Notes under the pieces: model-generated
Databases searched by the model: none
Seen by the model: the letters and a program-made list of their open reading frames with translations, nothing else
Told to the model about the DNA's origin: nothing
In this document: positions 18,220-27,217 of the stretch, one piece after another
Numbering within the stretch: the first letter of the stretch is position 1
Layout: each line of letters opens with the position of its first letter
Translations under genes and position numbers: made by a program
From: Bacteroidales bacterium
GTDB lineage: Bacteria > Bacteroidota > Bacteroidia > Bacteroidales > UBA1556
DNA: 56,658 nucleotides
Direction: 5' to 3'
NCBI GenBank assembly: GCA_016937295.1
Contig: JAFGWF010000143.1
Span: forward strand, 1-56,658

Positions 18220-18725
18220 GAAAGACTATTAAAGGAGACATTACAACATTACATGTTGACGCAATTGTTAATGCCGCAAACAACTCATTATTAGGCGGTG
18301 GAGGTGTTGATGGAGCAATACATCGGGCTGCCGGTTCAGGGCTTTTAGATGAATGCAAGGAATTGGGCGGATGTCCAACAGGAGAGGCACGAATTACTAA
18401 AGCATATAATCTTCCCTCAAAATTTGTTATTCATGCCGTTGGACCCGTTTGGCAAAATGGCAACTCCAACGAAGAAGAATTGTTAAGGTTGGCATACAAG
18501 AATTCTTTGGAGCTTGCTCAAAAGAATAATTGCAAGTCCATTGCATTCCCCAATATATCAACGGGTGCTTACAATTTTCCAAAACGAGATGCTGCCGAAA
18601 TTGCTATACAAACATGTCAACAATTTTTAGATGAACAAAACAGTGACATGCTCATTATTTTTGTTTGCTTTGACGAAATTAATTACATGATTTATAAAGA
18701 GTTGTGTCCAAATTTCAACAGTTAA
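18216..18725 (+). CDS. ymdB: macro-domain O-acetyl-ADP-ribose deacetylase (YmdB-like)
   Basis: [40 protein letters not shown]...VIHAVGPVW...[11 protein letters not shown]. The ATG at 18216 overlaps the MscS stop as ATGA. The ORF-track start at 18192 would lie inside the upstream gene. Confidence 0.9.
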   Translation: MRKTIKGDITTLHVDAIVNAANNSLLGGGGVDGAIHRAAGSGLLDECKELGGCPTGEARITKAYNLPSKFVIHAVGPVWQNGNSNEEELLRLAYKNSLELAQKNNCKSIAFPNISTGAYNFPKRDAAEIAIQTCQQFLDEQNSDMLIIFVCFDEINYMIYKELCPNFNS

Positions 18726-18827
18726 TCAATTTGAAATTTCATATAAAACAAGGAGGGGGAACAAGTCATAACAAGGGATCTACAAACAAACTTACAAATG
18801 TCATAAAATCAACTAATCCTAACTAAA

Positions 18828-19862
18828 ATGAAAAGGGTATCATTAACTGATTTATCAAAAAGCTTAAATATCTCAAAGACAACGATTTCATTTGTTCTAA
18901 ATGGACGTGCCAAAGAAAAAGGAGTCAGTGCTGAAACAGAACGAAGAGTATTAAAGAAAGTCAAAGAACTAAACTACATTCCCAACAATTTTGCGCGAGG
19001 GCTGCGAACAGGCAAATCCATGACAATTGGCATTGTGGTAGCCGACATTTCCAACCCTTTTTATGCACGAATTTGCCGCAATATCGAAAACGAATTTGAC
19101 AAAAATGGGTATAATGTTCTTTTTAGCAGCACTTATGAAAACCCTGACAAAGAGAAACATATCATTAATGTTATGGTCGAAAGAGGCGTTGATGGCATAA
19201 TCCTCTCTCCTACTCGTCCCTATTCTTCCCGAGTAAAAAAGGAATTGACCCAATTAGAAATCCCGTTGGTATTCATCGACCGTCATTACCCCAATTCTGA
19301 CATTCCTTATGTTGTTGCAAACAACTATCAAAGCTCCTTTGAAGCCACAAAAAAATTAATAGAATTCGGCCATAAACACATTGCCTTTATTGCAATAAAA
19401 CCGACAAATACAAGTGTTATGGCAGATCGAATAAGAGGCTACAAAGACGCATTAAAAGCGGCGAATATTCCATTCAGAAAGAAATTTTATGCCGAATTCG
19501 ATTTGGAAGATTTGAGCAAACCCATCTATCACAAGCTCGACTGCTTGAACCTGCGTGAACATTCAGCAACCGCTATTCTTTCCGGAAACAATAAAATCAC
19601 CTTAGCCTTAATTGAATGCTTCCAACGCAATAAAATATTGATTCCAAATGATGTATCCTTAATCAGTTTTGACTATTTAGATGTTTTCAGCATTCTGACT
19701 CCGCCCATTTCTTCGATTCAAATACACCCTGAAGAAATTGGGGATAAGGCTGCCAAATTACTCCTTAGTTTGATTTCGTCACCCCAAAAATTTCAGGAGA
19801 ATTTAGTGATTGAACCCGTAATCCATATCAAAGAATCAGTAAAGTATATATTGGATAAATAG
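18828..19862 (+). CDS. LacI-family transcriptional regulator
   Basis: 344 aa. The N-terminal HTH reads LTDLSKSLNISKTTISFVLNGRA...VLKKVKELNYIPNNFARGLRTGKS. A periplasmic-binding-protein-like effector domain follows. Confidence 0.9.
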   Translation: MKRVSLTDLSKSLNISKTTISFVLNGRAKEKGVSAETERRVLKKVKELNYIPNNFARGLRTGKSMTIGIVVADISNPFYARICRNIENEFDKNGYNVLFSSTYENPDKEKHIINVMVERGVDGIILSPTRPYSSRVKKELTQLEIPLVFIDRHYPNSDIPYVVANNYQSSFEATKKLIEFGHKHIAFIAIKPTNTSVMADRIRGYKDALKAANIPFRKKFYAEFDLEDLSKPIYHKLDCLNLREHSATAILSGNNKITLALIECFQRNKILIPNDVSLISFDYLDVFSILTPPISSIQIHPEEIGDKAAKLLLSLISSPQKFQENLVIEPVIHIKESVKYILDK

Positions 19863-19914
19863 AATTTAGAATCGCTCTGAAATAACAATATAATTTAACA
19901 CGAAAACGACAACG

Positions 19915-20340
19915 ATGAAAATAATAATTATTAACGGCCCTAACCTGAATCTCTTAGGACAGAGACAGCCGGAAATTTATGGTTATGAAAGTTTTGAAGA
20001 TTATTTGGTCCGATTAAGAACAATGTTTGGCGACATTCAACTGACTTATTTTCAATCAAATATCGAAGGTGAAATCATTAACAAAATACATGATTGGTCA
20101 AAAAACTGCGATGGAATAATTTTAAATGCAGGTGGTTATTCCCACACAAGCGTAGCCATTCACGATGCCATTAAAGCAATTTCAACACCTGTAGTTGAAG
20201 TTCATCTTTCCAACATTTTTGCACGAGAAGAGTTCAGGCATCATTCCCTTACTGGAGCAGCCTGTATTGGAAGCATCAGCGGTTTTGGTTTAAAAAGTTA
20301 TGAATTGGCACTCCAATTCTTCGTCCAAAAAGAAGATTAA
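19915..20340 (+). CDS. aroQ: type II 3-dehydroquinate dehydratase
   Basis: 141 aa with IIIINGPNLNLLGQRQPEIYG, NAGGYSHTSVAIHDA and VEVHLSNIFAREEFRHHS. Confidence 0.95.
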   Translation: MKIIIINGPNLNLLGQRQPEIYGYESFEDYLVRLRTMFGDIQLTYFQSNIEGEIINKIHDWSKNCDGIILNAGGYSHTSVAIHDAIKAISTPVVEVHLSNIFAREEFRHHSLTGAACIGSISGFGLKSYELALQFFVQKED

Positions 20341-20354
20341 ACCGAGAGTACGAT

Positions 20355-22046
20355 TTAAAGTTTAGACTCTACTACAGCCAGAATTTCCTTTTCTAAACTA
20401 ATGGCTTTCTGTTCAATATCAGCACCTTTGGCGACAATTTCAGCAGCGAAGTCTTTATCTGCCAATCCGCTAGCATTAATTTTCACATTTAAAAATGCAC
20501 CTTGAACACCAGCTCTTGCAGCAAGAGCTCCAACGCCGGCATCCGAAACACTGTTTGGGTTACCAATTTCGGCCATTGCTTTGGATATAAACATAGATTC
20601 ATAGCAAAGTGTCATCACTTTAAAAGGAATTTCGGTTGCATATTTAGTAGCATCCTGAATTGCAGCGGTACGAATTTTGGCTTCGTCCTCGGTTTTCTTT
20701 GGCAAGCCAAAAGCATCCATAATTTTGTTGAACGCGCGAGTATCTTCATCCACCAAACGAAGTAAAGCATCGTGAAGATTTTTACCTTTTTCAGCCCAAT
20801 CGCCAAACTCTTCCCAACGGTCGTCCCAACCGCGTTTGTGAGAGGATAAGTTTGCAACCATCGTAGCCAAAGCCGCACCCATGGCACCCATATAGGCAGA
20901 AACAGATCCGCCACCCGGAGCAGGCGATTCACACGCAGTTTCGTGAACAAATGATTTTAAATCCATTCGAATCAGCTTTTCATCAGCCTCATTTTCAAGG
21001 ATATACTCAATAATTTTCTTTTTTGGTTCAAAAGGGTATAAATCATTTAATCCGAGAGATGCAACAGCAATTTTAATCAATTCAGCGTCTGAAACACCCG
21101 TACTTCTTTGTTGCATACGCAGGTAATGCCGTCCGGCATCAAGCATTGCCTTAAGAGGAACAACGCCAACCAACTCACAACCTGTAACCCGTATCCCCCG
21201 TTCAGCAGCTTTTCTACAAACCTCGTCAAAAGCCAGATGAATAGGCGTTTCTTCAATATTAGTCATATTCATCGAAATCTGTGCTATTCCGTATTCATCT
21301 ATAAACCAACCTATTGCCTTAGTATGTTTCAAAGTGCCGGGGATCATCACTTGGTTACCTTTTTCATCTTTCACAATTTTTCCGGTGATAGGATTTCCCT
21401 CACGCATTGGCCTACCCCGTTCACGCACATCAAAGGCGATGGCGTTTGCACGGCGCGTTGAAGTTGTGTTCAAATTATAGTTGATCGCCACAAGAAAATT
21501 TCTTGCACTCACAGCGGTTGCGCCACTTTTGGCTACCATTTCCGACCACTTTGAAGGACCATAATCCGGTTTCCATTCATCCGTAACTATCCTTTGCGGC
21601 AAGGCTTCATATTCACCTGACCGACAATTAGCTAAGTTGCGTCTCACTTCCGATGTTGCCGCATTTTCGTAGCAATAAACCGGAATTTCTAACTCTTCAC
21701 CAATACGTTTAGCTAAACGATGTGCCAATTCAACCGTTTCTTCCATAGTGATATTGGAAACCGGTACTAAAGGACAAACATCAGTAGCCCCAAATCGAGG
21801 ATGAGCACCTTGATGTTTCCGCATATCAATCAACTCCTTAGCTTTTTTAACTGCATTAAAAGCAGCTTCCAAAACCTCTTCAGGAGTTCCCACCATTGTA
21901 ACAACAGTGCGATTAGTCGCTTGACCGGGATCCACGTCAACCAATTTTACTCCCTCCACCTTTTCAATTTCTGCGGTAATTTGATTAATAATTCCCATAT
22001 CACGGCCTTCACTAAAATTAGGCACACATTCAATCAATTTCTTCAT
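20355..22046 (-). CDS. ftcD: bifunctional glutamate formimidoyltransferase / formimidoyltetrahydrofolate cyclodeaminase
   Basis: 563 aa. The N-terminus MKKLIECVPNFSEGRD...NRTVVTMVG is the formiminotransferase part. The C-terminal ~200 aa, with ESPAPGGGSVSAYMGAMGAALATMVANLS, is the cyclodeaminase part. Confidence 0.9.
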   Translation of the reverse strand: MKKLIECVPNFSEGRDMGIINQITAEIEKVEGVKLVDVDPGQATNRTVVTMVGTPEEVLEAAFNAVKKAKELIDMRKHQGAHPRFGATDVCPLVPVSNITMEETVELAHRLAKRIGEELEIPVYCYENAATSEVRRNLANCRSGEYEALPQRIVTDEWKPDYGPSKWSEMVAKSGATAVSARNFLVAINYNLNTTSTRRANAIAFDVRERGRPMREGNPITGKIVKDEKGNQVMIPGTLKHTKAIGWFIDEYGIAQISMNMTNIEETPIHLAFDEVCRKAAERGIRVTGCELVGVVPLKAMLDAGRHYLRMQQRSTGVSDAELIKIAVASLGLNDLYPFEPKKKIIEYILENEADEKLIRMDLKSFVHETACESPAPGGGSVSAYMGAMGAALATMVANLSSHKRGWDDRWEEFGDWAEKGKNLHDALLRLVDEDTRAFNKIMDAFGLPKKTEDEAKIRTAAIQDATKYATEIPFKVMTLCYESMFISKAMAEIGNPNSVSDAGVGALAARAGVQGAFLNVKINASGLADKDFAAEIVAKGADIEQKAISLEKEILAVVESKL

Positions 22047-22090
22047 TTTATATAGTTTAGATTTTCAATATTTTAATCTTAATACTCCTG

Positions 22091-23335
22091 TTAAAATCGA
22101 ATTAGTTCCCCTTTGATAAACATTCGTTCCACTTTATTATCACCATAGCTATAAGGCAAATAGCTATAGGAAGGCATTGGCTTAGCTATGTAAAAATCAG
22201 CTTGTTTGCCAATTGCAATTGAGCCAACCTTATCAGCGATATTCATAGCATAAGCGGTATTGATGGTTGTTGCATTTATCACTTCTTCGGGAAGCATTTT
22301 ATAAAGAATACAACCCATTGAGGCAATAAGTTGCATGTTTCCCGAAGGCGATGAACCCGGATTAAAATCAGAAGCAAGAGCCACAGGGAGGCCGGCATCA
22401 ATCATCTTTCGAGCCGGAGCATATTTCATCCCCAGAAAAAAAGCCGCTCCAGGAAGAATTGTGGGCATGGTTTCAGATTTTAAAAGCGCCATAATCTCAG
22501 CATTTCCAGTATATTCGAGATGGTCAACCGACAAAGCGTTATGAGCAACACCTACCTCGATTCCGCCGCTATAATCCAGTTCATTGGCATGTATTTTTGG
22601 TTTTAAACCCAATTTTGTAGCAGCGTTTAAAATGTCGTGCGTTTCGTCGGTAGTAAAAAATCCTTTATCACAAAACACATCCACAAAATCAGCCAAGCCT
22701 TCATCCACAACTTTTGGAAGCATTTCATCGATAATTAGTTTCACATAATCCGACTGACGGCCTTTAAACTCAGCCGGAACAGCGTGAGCTCCAAGAAATG
22801 TGGCCTTAATTAAAATAGGGGTTTCAGCATTTAAACGTCGAATCACACGAAGCATTTTCAGCTCGTCATTGGTCGTCAAACCATATCCGCTTTTGATTTC
22901 CACTGCCCCAGTACCCATAGACATTATGCTATAAATTCGCGGCAAAGACTGCTCAAACAGCTCATCTTCAGAGGTTTCATGCAGCAATTTGGCAGAATTG
23001 AGAATCCCTCCTCCCCTTTTAGCAATTTCCTCGTAGGATAGACCTTTGATTTTGTCGATATATTCAATTTCGCGACTTCCTGCGTAAACTAAATGCGTAT
23101 GAGAATCGACAAAGGCAGGAAAAACCATTTGCCCTTTTGCATCAGTAATTTCTTCATAATCAGACATATTACCTAAATCAGCCATTTTGCCAAATTCAAC
23201 GATTATCCCATTTTCATAAGTCAAAAAGGCATCTGATATGGTATTCAGTTTTTGCATATCTGCACCGGAGGCAAAGCGTTTATCGGAATCGGTAATGCCT
23301 ACTAACTCTCCAATATTTATTACTATTCTTTTCAT
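22091..23335 (-). CDS. hutI: imidazolonepropionase
   Basis: 414 aa amidohydrolase with FVDSHTHLVYAGSR, GFTTVEIKSGYGL-like (GAVEIKSGYGL), IHANEL and ALASDFNPGSSP. Confidence 0.95.
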   Translation of the reverse strand: MKRIVINIGELVGITDSDKRFASGADMQKLNTISDAFLTYENGIIVEFGKMADLGNMSDYEEITDAKGQMVFPAFVDSHTHLVYAGSREIEYIDKIKGLSYEEIAKRGGGILNSAKLLHETSEDELFEQSLPRIYSIMSMGTGAVEIKSGYGLTTNDELKMLRVIRRLNAETPILIKATFLGAHAVPAEFKGRQSDYVKLIIDEMLPKVVDEGLADFVDVFCDKGFFTTDETHDILNAATKLGLKPKIHANELDYSGGIEVGVAHNALSVDHLEYTGNAEIMALLKSETMPTILPGAAFFLGMKYAPARKMIDAGLPVALASDFNPGSSPSGNMQLIASMGCILYKMLPEEVINATTINTAYAMNIADKVGSIAIGKQADFYIAKPMPSYSYLPYSYGDNKVERMFIKGELIRF

Positions 23336-23412
23336 TTTAAACCTGTTAAATAATTCCCGAAGGCTGCAATTGAATTAGTTATTCAACTAAAAATATAAAA
23401 GCAACTATGCCA

Positions 23413-23420
23413 CAAAAGTA
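23413..23420 (-). promoter_or_regulatory. -7 promoter box TACTTTTG upstream of the hutI-ftcD operon
   Basis: The plus strand reads CAAAAGTA, 78 nt upstream of the hutI ATG at 23335. Confidence 0.35.
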
Positions 23421-23587
23421 GAAATTAATTTCTGTCTTTACCCCTGACAAGTTACTGAAAGAAGTATTAATTTGATTGATAAAATATAAGCATATCTTGA
23501 AATTGCACCCAAAATGTAAGTCTATCGCGCTGATTTAATGCAATTTATCAAACAATAATGATTCCCCAATTTTATTTCTGAATTTTG

Positions 23588-23595
23588 TACATTTG
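23588..23595 (+). promoter_or_regulatory. -7 promoter box TACATTTG upstream of the C10 peptidase gene
   Basis: Exact TAnnTTTG match 28 nt upstream of the ATG at 23623. Confidence 0.45.
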
Positions 23596-23622
23596 CGGCT
23601 CACAATAACACTATAACGATTT

Positions 23623-25770
23623 ATGTTGATTTCTAAGATAAAAGCCCGGTTTTGTTCCACCTTTATGCGATTCACATGGCTACTAATTATAATTCAAGTA
23701 ATTAGTTTTAATAGCTTAAACGCTAAACCTATTTCAAAAGAAACTGCCGCCAAAGTTGCAACAAATTTTCTGTATGAAAGAATCAACCAGTATTTAGAAA
23801 CGCCATATCAAAATCTTGTAATCGCTGATGTTGAAACGATTAATCACAGTAAAGGCATCGGCTTGTATTTATTTAAATTTGATGCAGGTGCATTTGTAAT
23901 TATATCGGCAGATGATGCTGCCATACCAGTTGTAGGTTATGGATTTGGAAATGTTAACACAAATGAAACGAAATCTCCTGCACTTGAGTTTTGGTTAGAG
24001 AACTATGCAAATCAGATAGGCGAAATCCAATCAAAAAAATTAGCATCAACCTCAATAATAGATAGTTTATGGGCGGCTTTAGTCTCAACTAATACATCGA
24101 AGCTGCAGGTTTTCAGTGGAAAATCGCAACAACCCTTACTGTTGACCACATGGGATCAAGGGGCAAAATACAATGAGCTTTGTCCGTCAGATGTTGCCGG
24201 TCCCGGAGGACATGTGTATGCCGGTTGTGTGGCAGTAGCCATGGCTCAGGTGATGAATTATTATAAGTATCCCACTCAAGGCACAGGCAGCTACTCCTAT
24301 TATGATTACAGTTATGGAATGCAAACTGTTGATTACGGGAACACCACGTATGATTGGTATGCCATGACCAATTCAATGCCTAATGCAGGAAACGCAGAAA
24401 TTGCTAAATTGCTTTATCATTGTGGTGTTTCAGTGGATATGAATTATAGTCCAAATGGCAGCGGGGCATGGTCGAACAATGTCGTTTCGGCTTTAAAAAA
24501 CTATTATAATTATTCTTCCTCAGTGTATATCGACAGTAAAAACACGTATAGCGATGCCCAGTGGAGTCAAAAGCTGATACAAAATTTAGACAGCAAAATA
24601 CCGTTATATTACCACGGTTATCCAGCCGGAGGAGGTTCGGGACACGCGTTTAATTTAGATGGTTATCAGGGAAGTGATTATTTCCATTTCAACTGGGGTT
24701 GGAGTGGAAGTTATAATGGATATTTTTATTTAGATGGACTCAATCCAGGTGGAAGCGATTTTAATATCGGACAAGGAGCCATATTCGACATCACACCTCC
24801 AAGCTCCTATTTCCCAATTAGTTGCAATGCAACACCGGTTTCAATAACATCTTCTAACGGAAACATTTTCGATGGTTCAGGTCCGGTCAACTACGCCACA
24901 AATACCGATTGCAGATGGCTTATTTCACCTTCTCAGATTGTTGAAAGTATTAAGGTAAAGATTGATCGTTTAGACCTAAACCAAGGTGATACATTATTTT
25001 TCTATGATGGCGAAACTGTACAAGATTCCCTACTCTTTAAACTTCATAACGGCAACACATTCAGCACATTACAAAGCACAGGAGACAAAATACTTGTTCG
25101 ATTTGTCAGTGATCAAAATTTCACGGCTGATGGGTTTGATCTCTCATTCAGCTCCAATTTTCCGGTTTACTGCACTTCAATAAAAACCATTACCGATTCG
25201 GCTGGAATAATTTCTGACGGAAGCGACACCAACAAATATAATAATGGTATTCTTTGCAAGTGGATGATTGAAAGCGGACAAAACTCGGCAATCACAATAC
25301 ATTTCACCGAATTCGACACGGAAAGCGGTCAGGATTGGGTAGTAATTTATGATCCCACAACTTCACCGGTTACCACTTTAGGTCAGTTTTCAGGCAATCA
25401 GATTCCACCGGCGATAACCGCCACAAACGGCAAAATGATGATTGTTTTTGCAACAAACGAAGCAAATCAAGACCAAGGTTGGAAGGCGTTTTTTCATACA
25501 GGAACTTTAGGAATTGACGGAAAAACAGAGAGTCTAAAGCCGATTTTATATCCCAACCCTACCAATAACACATTCTCCTTAAGCAATTTACAATCATTCA
25601 GAACCTATCAGATTGAAATTTTAACTCTTGACGGTAAAAATGTTTTTTCGACCAAAGCCAGCAATAGCTCGGAAATAAGGATTGATTGTTCCCATTTAGA
25701 AACAGGATTGTACTTAGTGAAAATCCAATCCGAAATTGAATTAGATTTTATAAAACTCGTGGTTGAATAA
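23623..25770 (+). CDS. C10 (streptopain/SpeB-like) cysteine peptidase with two CUB domains and a T9SS type-A CTD
   Basis: 715 aa, with an alternative start at 23665 (MRFTWLL...). It has an N-terminal Spi-like propeptide. The catalytic Cys lies in HVYAGCVAVAMAQVMNYYKYP and the His in GSGHAFNLDGY. CUB-like modules span residues ~401-509 (nt 24823-25149) and ~517-624 (nt 25171-25494). The CTD is LYPNPTNNTFSL...GLYLVKIQ...KLVVE (nt 25534-25767). Confidence 0.85.
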   Translation: MLISKIKARFCSTFMRFTWLLIIIQVISFNSLNAKPISKETAAKVATNFLYERINQYLETPYQNLVIADVETINHSKGIGLYLFKFDAGAFVIISADDAAIPVVGYGFGNVNTNETKSPALEFWLENYANQIGEIQSKKLASTSIIDSLWAALVSTNTSKLQVFSGKSQQPLLLTTWDQGAKYNELCPSDVAGPGGHVYAGCVAVAMAQVMNYYKYPTQGTGSYSYYDYSYGMQTVDYGNTTYDWYAMTNSMPNAGNAEIAKLLYHCGVSVDMNYSPNGSGAWSNNVVSALKNYYNYSSSVYIDSKNTYSDAQWSQKLIQNLDSKIPLYYHGYPAGGGSGHAFNLDGYQGSDYFHFNWGWSGSYNGYFYLDGLNPGGSDFNIGQGAIFDITPPSSYFPISCNATPVSITSSNGNIFDGSGPVNYATNTDCRWLISPSQIVESIKVKIDRLDLNQGDTLFFYDGETVQDSLLFKLHNGNTFSTLQSTGDKILVRFVSDQNFTADGFDLSFSSNFPVYCTSIKTITDSAGIISDGSDTNKYNNGILCKWMIESGQNSAITIHFTEFDTESGQDWVVIYDPTTSPVTTLGQFSGNQIPPAITATNGKMMIVFATNEANQDQGWKAFFHTGTLGIDGKTESLKPILYPNPTNNTFSLSNLQSFRTYQIEILTLDGKNVFSTKASNSSEIRIDCSHLETGLYLVKIQSEIELDFIKLVVE

Positions 25771-27150
25771 TTAAAACTCCGGGCTGAACATCGGATCCCA
25801 AGGCGGAAGCATAATCGCTTCGGTCTTCAAAATATCCAGCACTTCTTTAGTTATGTACTTTTTGTGAACAACCAAGCGAAACATATATTCATCAAACCAT
25901 TCATCCGTCATTATCAAATGCCCTTTGTGTCCTTTCATTCCCCAAGAATTTTCAAGCAGCCATTTCACAGGATTGCCATTTTCATCAACATCAACAGCAA
26001 CTAAGGCCATTCCGTGAGAACTTCCTGATGAAAACGTTTGAATACGCTCAGCTTTATTCATCGACAAGTTTACATCAAAAAGCTGCTGATAGGCAAAATT
26101 TGACGTGTCGAGATAACCCCTCGACATATCCAATTGCTTTCCAACATCACACGAAAAATACATTGCTTCATTACTCTTTATAGATTCTACGGCAAATTTC
26201 TTTATTTCTTTTGTAGGCAAATTGATATATTTCCAGTTGCCTCCATCCACCGTATGACGGTCATAATCAATTTCATAGAGCTTGTAATAAGGTCGCGATG
26301 GATCATTCATAAACATCACATAATCCGACAAATTAACATGTATCCATTTTTCGTAAAACGACTTCGGGGTATAAGTTTCTAAAGGCGATATATTTCCTTC
26401 TTTATCTTCAAAACGCCATTGAAAACTTATGGGCGGTTCACCAAGAGAAAGAGCCAAAATCCGATACACTTCATTAACCATCGAAGTTTTATGCTCTTGA
26501 ATAATCTTCAATGCTTTGCCATCAGCATGCATTTGACGAAGTTTTGTGGCGTTAGCACGCAAATTAGTGGCAAGGATTCGAGACATTGCCGATGTATTTT
26601 CAGAATGATAACTCTCAGGCATAACATCCTCAGGAACAACACCATACTTAGTTACCAAATCCACAACACCGGTCCACTGCCCACCGTCTCCTATTGGATT
26701 TTTAAGTAGCCATTCCACCCGTTTGTCATCAAGTGGTTTATCTAAGGTGTTAATAATACCTTCCAGAAAAAGATTAGCTTTTTCGAGCTGGTCGTAAAAG
26801 AACAAATACGAGTGACTGAACTTTATTTCTTTAGAATTCATATTCGCAGCGGCAACAGGTCGAAGCACATTAAAGCCGGTAAACATCCAACAACGGCCAC
26901 TGGATTTTTGGTCAGTAATACCTGCTGTTTTTACTTGATGAGAAAAGAAAACGTCCACGTCTGCCAGACTATTACGATTAATTGTCAAGGCATTAAGCGA
27001 ATTTGAGCTAATTGCATTTTGAAGAGCGGCAGACTTTGGGGACTCCTTAAAATCCTTACGAAAGGCATTTAACATTTCGGTAGAAATTTCATTTTGGCAC
27101 GAAGCCTTTAGTCCAAAAAGAATTAGAACAACAAAAAATAACTGTTTCAT
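25771..27150 (-). CDS. pepC: aminopeptidase C / bleomycin hydrolase-type C1B cysteine peptidase, with signal peptide
   Basis: 459 aa with DQKSSGRCWMFTG (catalytic Cys), SSHGMALVAVD (His) and LENSWG. The N-terminus MKQLFFVVLILFGLKASCQ looks like a cleavable signal peptide. Confidence 0.85.
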   Translation of the reverse strand: MKQLFFVVLILFGLKASCQNEISTEMLNAFRKDFKESPKSAALQNAISSNSLNALTINRNSLADVDVFFSHQVKTAGITDQKSSGRCWMFTGFNVLRPVAAANMNSKEIKFSHSYLFFYDQLEKANLFLEGIINTLDKPLDDKRVEWLLKNPIGDGGQWTGVVDLVTKYGVVPEDVMPESYHSENTSAMSRILATNLRANATKLRQMHADGKALKIIQEHKTSMVNEVYRILALSLGEPPISFQWRFEDKEGNISPLETYTPKSFYEKWIHVNLSDYVMFMNDPSRPYYKLYEIDYDRHTVDGGNWKYINLPTKEIKKFAVESIKSNEAMYFSCDVGKQLDMSRGYLDTSNFAYQQLFDVNLSMNKAERIQTFSSGSSHGMALVAVDVDENGNPVKWLLENSWGMKGHKGHLIMTDEWFDEYMFRLVVHKKYITKEVLDILKTEAIMLPPWDPMFSPEF

Positions 27151-27217
27151 AGTTTATAAAGATTTGGTTAAAAAAATCAAAGACGGATAACAAAAAACGT
27201 CATAAAATTATTCAATA

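Noticed and set aside
20615-21461. ORF-track entries of 111 aa (20615-20950, minus) and 117 aa (21108-21461, plus) inside ftcD. Many similar entries occur elsewhere, for example 1257-1451, 2803-3143, 5623-5886, 14066-14347, 16506-16784, 18969-19253, 26134-27006, 36883-37209, 41136-41450, 47065-47370, 50902-51849 and 53085-53348.
   Set aside because: They lie wholly inside, or antisense to, genes with strong family signatures. Their translations are low-complexity or rich in C/R/H and have no recognisable motifs. These are shadow ORFs of the kind expected in long coding regions.
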